A DNA stretch of 63,151 nt, the filler included, from Kipferlia bialata (taxonomy: Eukaryota), in the NCBI GenBank assembly GCA_003568945.1. It is 4 parts of 4 records of this genome, joined end to end, with 100 filler letters (N's around TTAATTAATTAA, not from the genome) between each part and the next. Parts side by side here need not be neighbours in the genome. Positions count along the whole stretch, not along the records: positions 47,452 to 63,151 come from BDIP01000678.1; 3 more parts are not named here. One strand, 5' to 3'. Positions 59,521 to 63,151 of the stretch are shown in pieces; position 1 is the stretch's first letter, and every line of letters begins with the position of its first letter. A program made the translations under genes and the position numbers. A model generated the notes under the pieces. That model was not told where the DNA came from and made no database searches. It worked only from the letters and a program-made list of their open reading frames with translations.

Positions 59521-62500
59521 ATGGACAACCCACAAGGCGAGGAAGAGAACATACCTCCCAACAGGTTTGGGGAAGGGGGGAATGTGGTGGAGGTTGACCA
59601 TGAACCTGAAGCGAAGCCACCTCTTCCATGGTTCCTCAAGTAAGTGTAACGCTACATATGCACTCCATTCGGCTCTGGTTACTATCTCCCAGGGGGGGTC
59701 GGTATCATAGTGATCTCATTATAGCATTAGTGTATCGTGTTAGGATGCACCTCTGTCTGTTCACTATTGTTCAGAGACTCACTGACAGGGTTGGCATCAT
59801 TGTCTTCTTCCCCGTCCTGTTGGTTATGGGTGCACACCATGACTGGAAGAGAAGGACCAGCAAGAACAGGTATGATGGTAACACACTACCCATAGCCTCC
59901 CCCTCCCACCCCAGACTCTCCCTCTTACCTCCCTCTCAGATTGCACACTCTTGCTCTCGGGTCTCTCTCTTCTTCATCATCATACTCCCCTCTCTGACTG
60001 TAGGGTACAAGACAGGATGGAGGGGGAGGAACCTGAGGCATACCTTGCCAGGGTGGGTAGTGTACAGTTCAATACTAATGTACTCCATATCCACTCTCTC
60101 CCATATATTCGCCTATTCTCTTGTATCGTATCATATACACTATTAACGGTGTGGGTACTTAGTACTATTTCAACTATAGAGTATATATACACTAACAACC
60201 AGACACTGGGCCCCCTTCATCACCCCAGACTCATAGTGGGTGTGGATGTGAGTGTGGGCAACATCAGCAATGCCGGGAGGGCATGGGGTAGGGTGAGTGT
60301 ACACATTGAAATGTAAGACTTACATGTACTGTGCATGCTATTTGTACTCTCATTGTGATAGTGTACATCAGCAACCGGATGAGTATCGAAAAGGGTATGC
60401 TCCATAGGTATATATTCATATTCATGATGCTCTCTCTCTCTGACTATCACACCAGTATACAATTAGAATGTCGATATGCATAGTCACGCTGTCTCTCACC
60501 CTTCAGCACCGTAGAGGCATGCACCACATGTCTGAGCTCGACCACCAAAGGTACACACTCATGTATACCCTACATATAAACTTCGACTTTTAGATATATG
60601 TATTACGTATGTATACTGATACCTTGTGTTGATTGAAAATTCCCACCGCAGGGTATACTACATCTACTGATTATAAGTAGTACATATTATGTACTCTGTA
60701 TACATATATACAATGTATTGATGATGGAAGATGGATGATAGACTATTCCCACCGCAGGGGTGGCACTAGGGGCTCGAACTGCTACCTCAGCTCCATCAGA
60801 GTAGTCGGGACGGCACTGCAGGCAACACAGGTACTGCATCCACCCTACCATAGTGACACTGGTATACTTGTGAGCTTTTCACACTTACAGATCTTCTAGC
60901 CTACTGTCTCTCTATCTCACTCTCTAGACTACCCCTATCAACGTGTACCGCTTCGGATGCCCACAAACCACCACTCACTCTGTGCTCCCTCTCAACAGAA
61001 CGGGAGTGCCTAGCTGCCCGGGTACAGAGGTATTGGTGTGTATATGTATCGCATCTAAATACATATAGTATGTATATAACTGTATCTATGTGCGAAGGTG
61101 TCTTATAGTGCATGGCGTCTGTTTCTCTGTAGTTTCTATATTTTGCTACCGTTGCTCAATTCCCTCTCTGTCTCTCTCTCGAAATACCATTGTCTCACCT
61201 TCAGGCTGCCCTGGCCTGTTACCGTGACTCCGTGCCCCGTCTCACTATGTCTGGACCAGTAAGACTGGCACGTCTTGTGTTGCTACTTCTATATCTCAAC
61301 AGACTTGGTATCAGCTACCTCTCTCCCCGTACTTACAGTGTTCCGACAAGGCTTCACTTCCTTGTAGGCCGATGCCATACTAAGATAGTATGGTATGTTA
61401 GTATGATACTAACACTACAGTGATGTCCAGATGTCCCACCAGTACACCGTCCTCCTCGTGTGTGTGGCCAGTGACACAGTGGACGTCAAGGTACATCGTC
61501 TAGATATACGTGTATTCTGCTATTTCTACGCGATTTGCAATCTTATAATCTGCTATTTCTACGCGATTTGACCTCTCACCCCAAGGGAGATGCCGCAGCC
61601 ATCGAGAGAGCATCACAGTACCCAATCAGCATCATAGTGGTGAGTCTGACGTCATTTCAATATTCACTCCCTATAAGAAGACAACCATGTTGAAATACAA
61701 TAGTAGAGGTGCTTCACCCAGTCCTTCACATTATGATAATGATTATCTCTCCCTTCCATCCTACGTCCAGATGATGATCGGGTCCGGTTACCCAGACCAG
61801 AAGAACCCTCACAAGTAAGTGCTCTTACCCCCCCTGTCCCCTTACGTCTATGTCTATCTGACTTCAGGTACTCCCACCCTCTCCCTACACTGGAGAAGGC
61901 AATACCCAAAAGACTATCCAGGAGAGCACGGTCACACTACCAGTGCTTTACACAGTGCTCAGTACGTCCACCTTGTGGTATAGTAAGTATATATAGTTGT
62001 GATAACTATAATAGTTATACCCGGTCTCACATCTTCCCTGCAGTAGTACTGCTGATTATCCGTATTCTCTCTACGAGTGTCTGTCTCACCCTAGCTGATG
62101 GGTACCCCTTTCGACAGATTCTATCCCATCACATACAACAACCCATTGAACAGTATAGGACTATCTGTATCATGTTCACTCTCTCACCCTAGGTGATGGG
62201 AACCCCTTTCGAGGGATACCCCTACCCACCCACAGACCCATGATGGCAGGTACCACTCATTCATGATACGTTTCTTCTTCAGATAATATCAAGAATCTAA
62301 TTTAGAGTGATTTTCCCTTTAATTAGAGCCACCTCATAAAGAAGAATACTACGTTAGACCCCATGATGGCAGGTACCACTCATTCATGGTTGAGTCATAC
62401 TCACTGTATACAATAAGTGTGTAGTGTTCTCTTTCATATGATGCTAAAATTCTGAGCTACTCAATATCAGATTAAGGGATCTGTATTCTCATTCTACTCC

Positions 62501-63151
62501 TCTCTCTCCTCTATACACCCTTACCCCAGCCTCTATCCTGCACCACCTGCCAGACCAGTATGAGGTAATCTCTTTCTCTCTTAAAAATCAGACCACGTCA
62601 TCTGTCTCTGCCCACAATTAATACAATTAATACACCTTCCATGTAGCATTCCCCTTACCCCTCAGAAGATTGCCGCCCGTGGTCTCCTGGGAGAGAACCC
62701 AGCAAGAGATGGTGCTCGCACACGGTAGCATCTACGTGTCATCACTGCTGCTGGACTAGCAGTGCTAGTAATGAAAGGGTGCACCCACTCAGACTGGGTC
62801 TGTGCATGTGTACGATCCTATATACAAGACTACGATTCGGTGACTCCACGCAAGACCACTACACTAGATGGAAGTACGATGTTTGCAGATTAGAAAAGAT
62901 GATTCGCCATGAAGGCGTTTCCATCTTGGTAATATACTCGCCATTGATTACGCCTGCTGAATACTTTGGGTATCACCTTTTGTGTGCAATTTGAATTCAA
63001 ATTCATTGCACCCACTTTCGGAAAGTCGGAGAATCGTCCAGTTCTTTCTGGGGGAGAGCCCTCTCTTCTAGGATGTACAGTACCCCAGTGACTGTACGCA
63101 TAGTGCTACCTGGCAACGGGGAGACCCTGCTGCAGTTCACCACCCCTGGTG
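59521..63151 (+). CDS. RGLG/copine-type vWA domain protein with an N-terminal hydrophobic segment, 3'-partial
   Basis: LIVGVDVSVGN, MHH, NCYLSSIRVVG, INVYRFG, YRDSVPRLTMSGP, QYTVLLV, AIERASQYPISIIV and GDG are collinear with the RGLG copine domain. Confidence 0.75.

Overview
Intron-rich eukaryotic (protist) genomic DNA. The window is four unrelated scaffolds of about 15.7 kb (1-15725, 15826-31549, 31650-47351, 47452-63151) joined by artificial 100-nt N44-TTAATTAATTAA-N44 linkers. Introns are mostly GT-AG with the branch point fused close to the acceptor (CTRAC/CTCAC + 3-5 nt + AG). Together with (TA)n/(CT)n microsatellites, this suggests a free-living metamonad/fornicate such as Kipferlia (inference). 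Genes spliced by hand: a degenerate Rho-like GTPase, a 121-aa orphan, an intronless ADP-ribosyltransferase + nucleotidyltransferase fusion, Tudor-SN, CRIPT (fragment), a Rav1/DmX-like protein, INO1, a THEM6-like thioesterase, IleRS (fragment), two Kelch-like proteins, a DUF4470 protein and an RGLG/copine vWA protein. The most striking signal is an intron architecture of 'splice-junction echoes'. Many introns are built from serial partial copies of their own junctions: exon-end+GT copies after the true donor, and branch+AG+exon-start copies before the true acceptor. These copies differ from the real exon mostly at synonymous positions. All calls come from reading motifs by eye; no searches were run.
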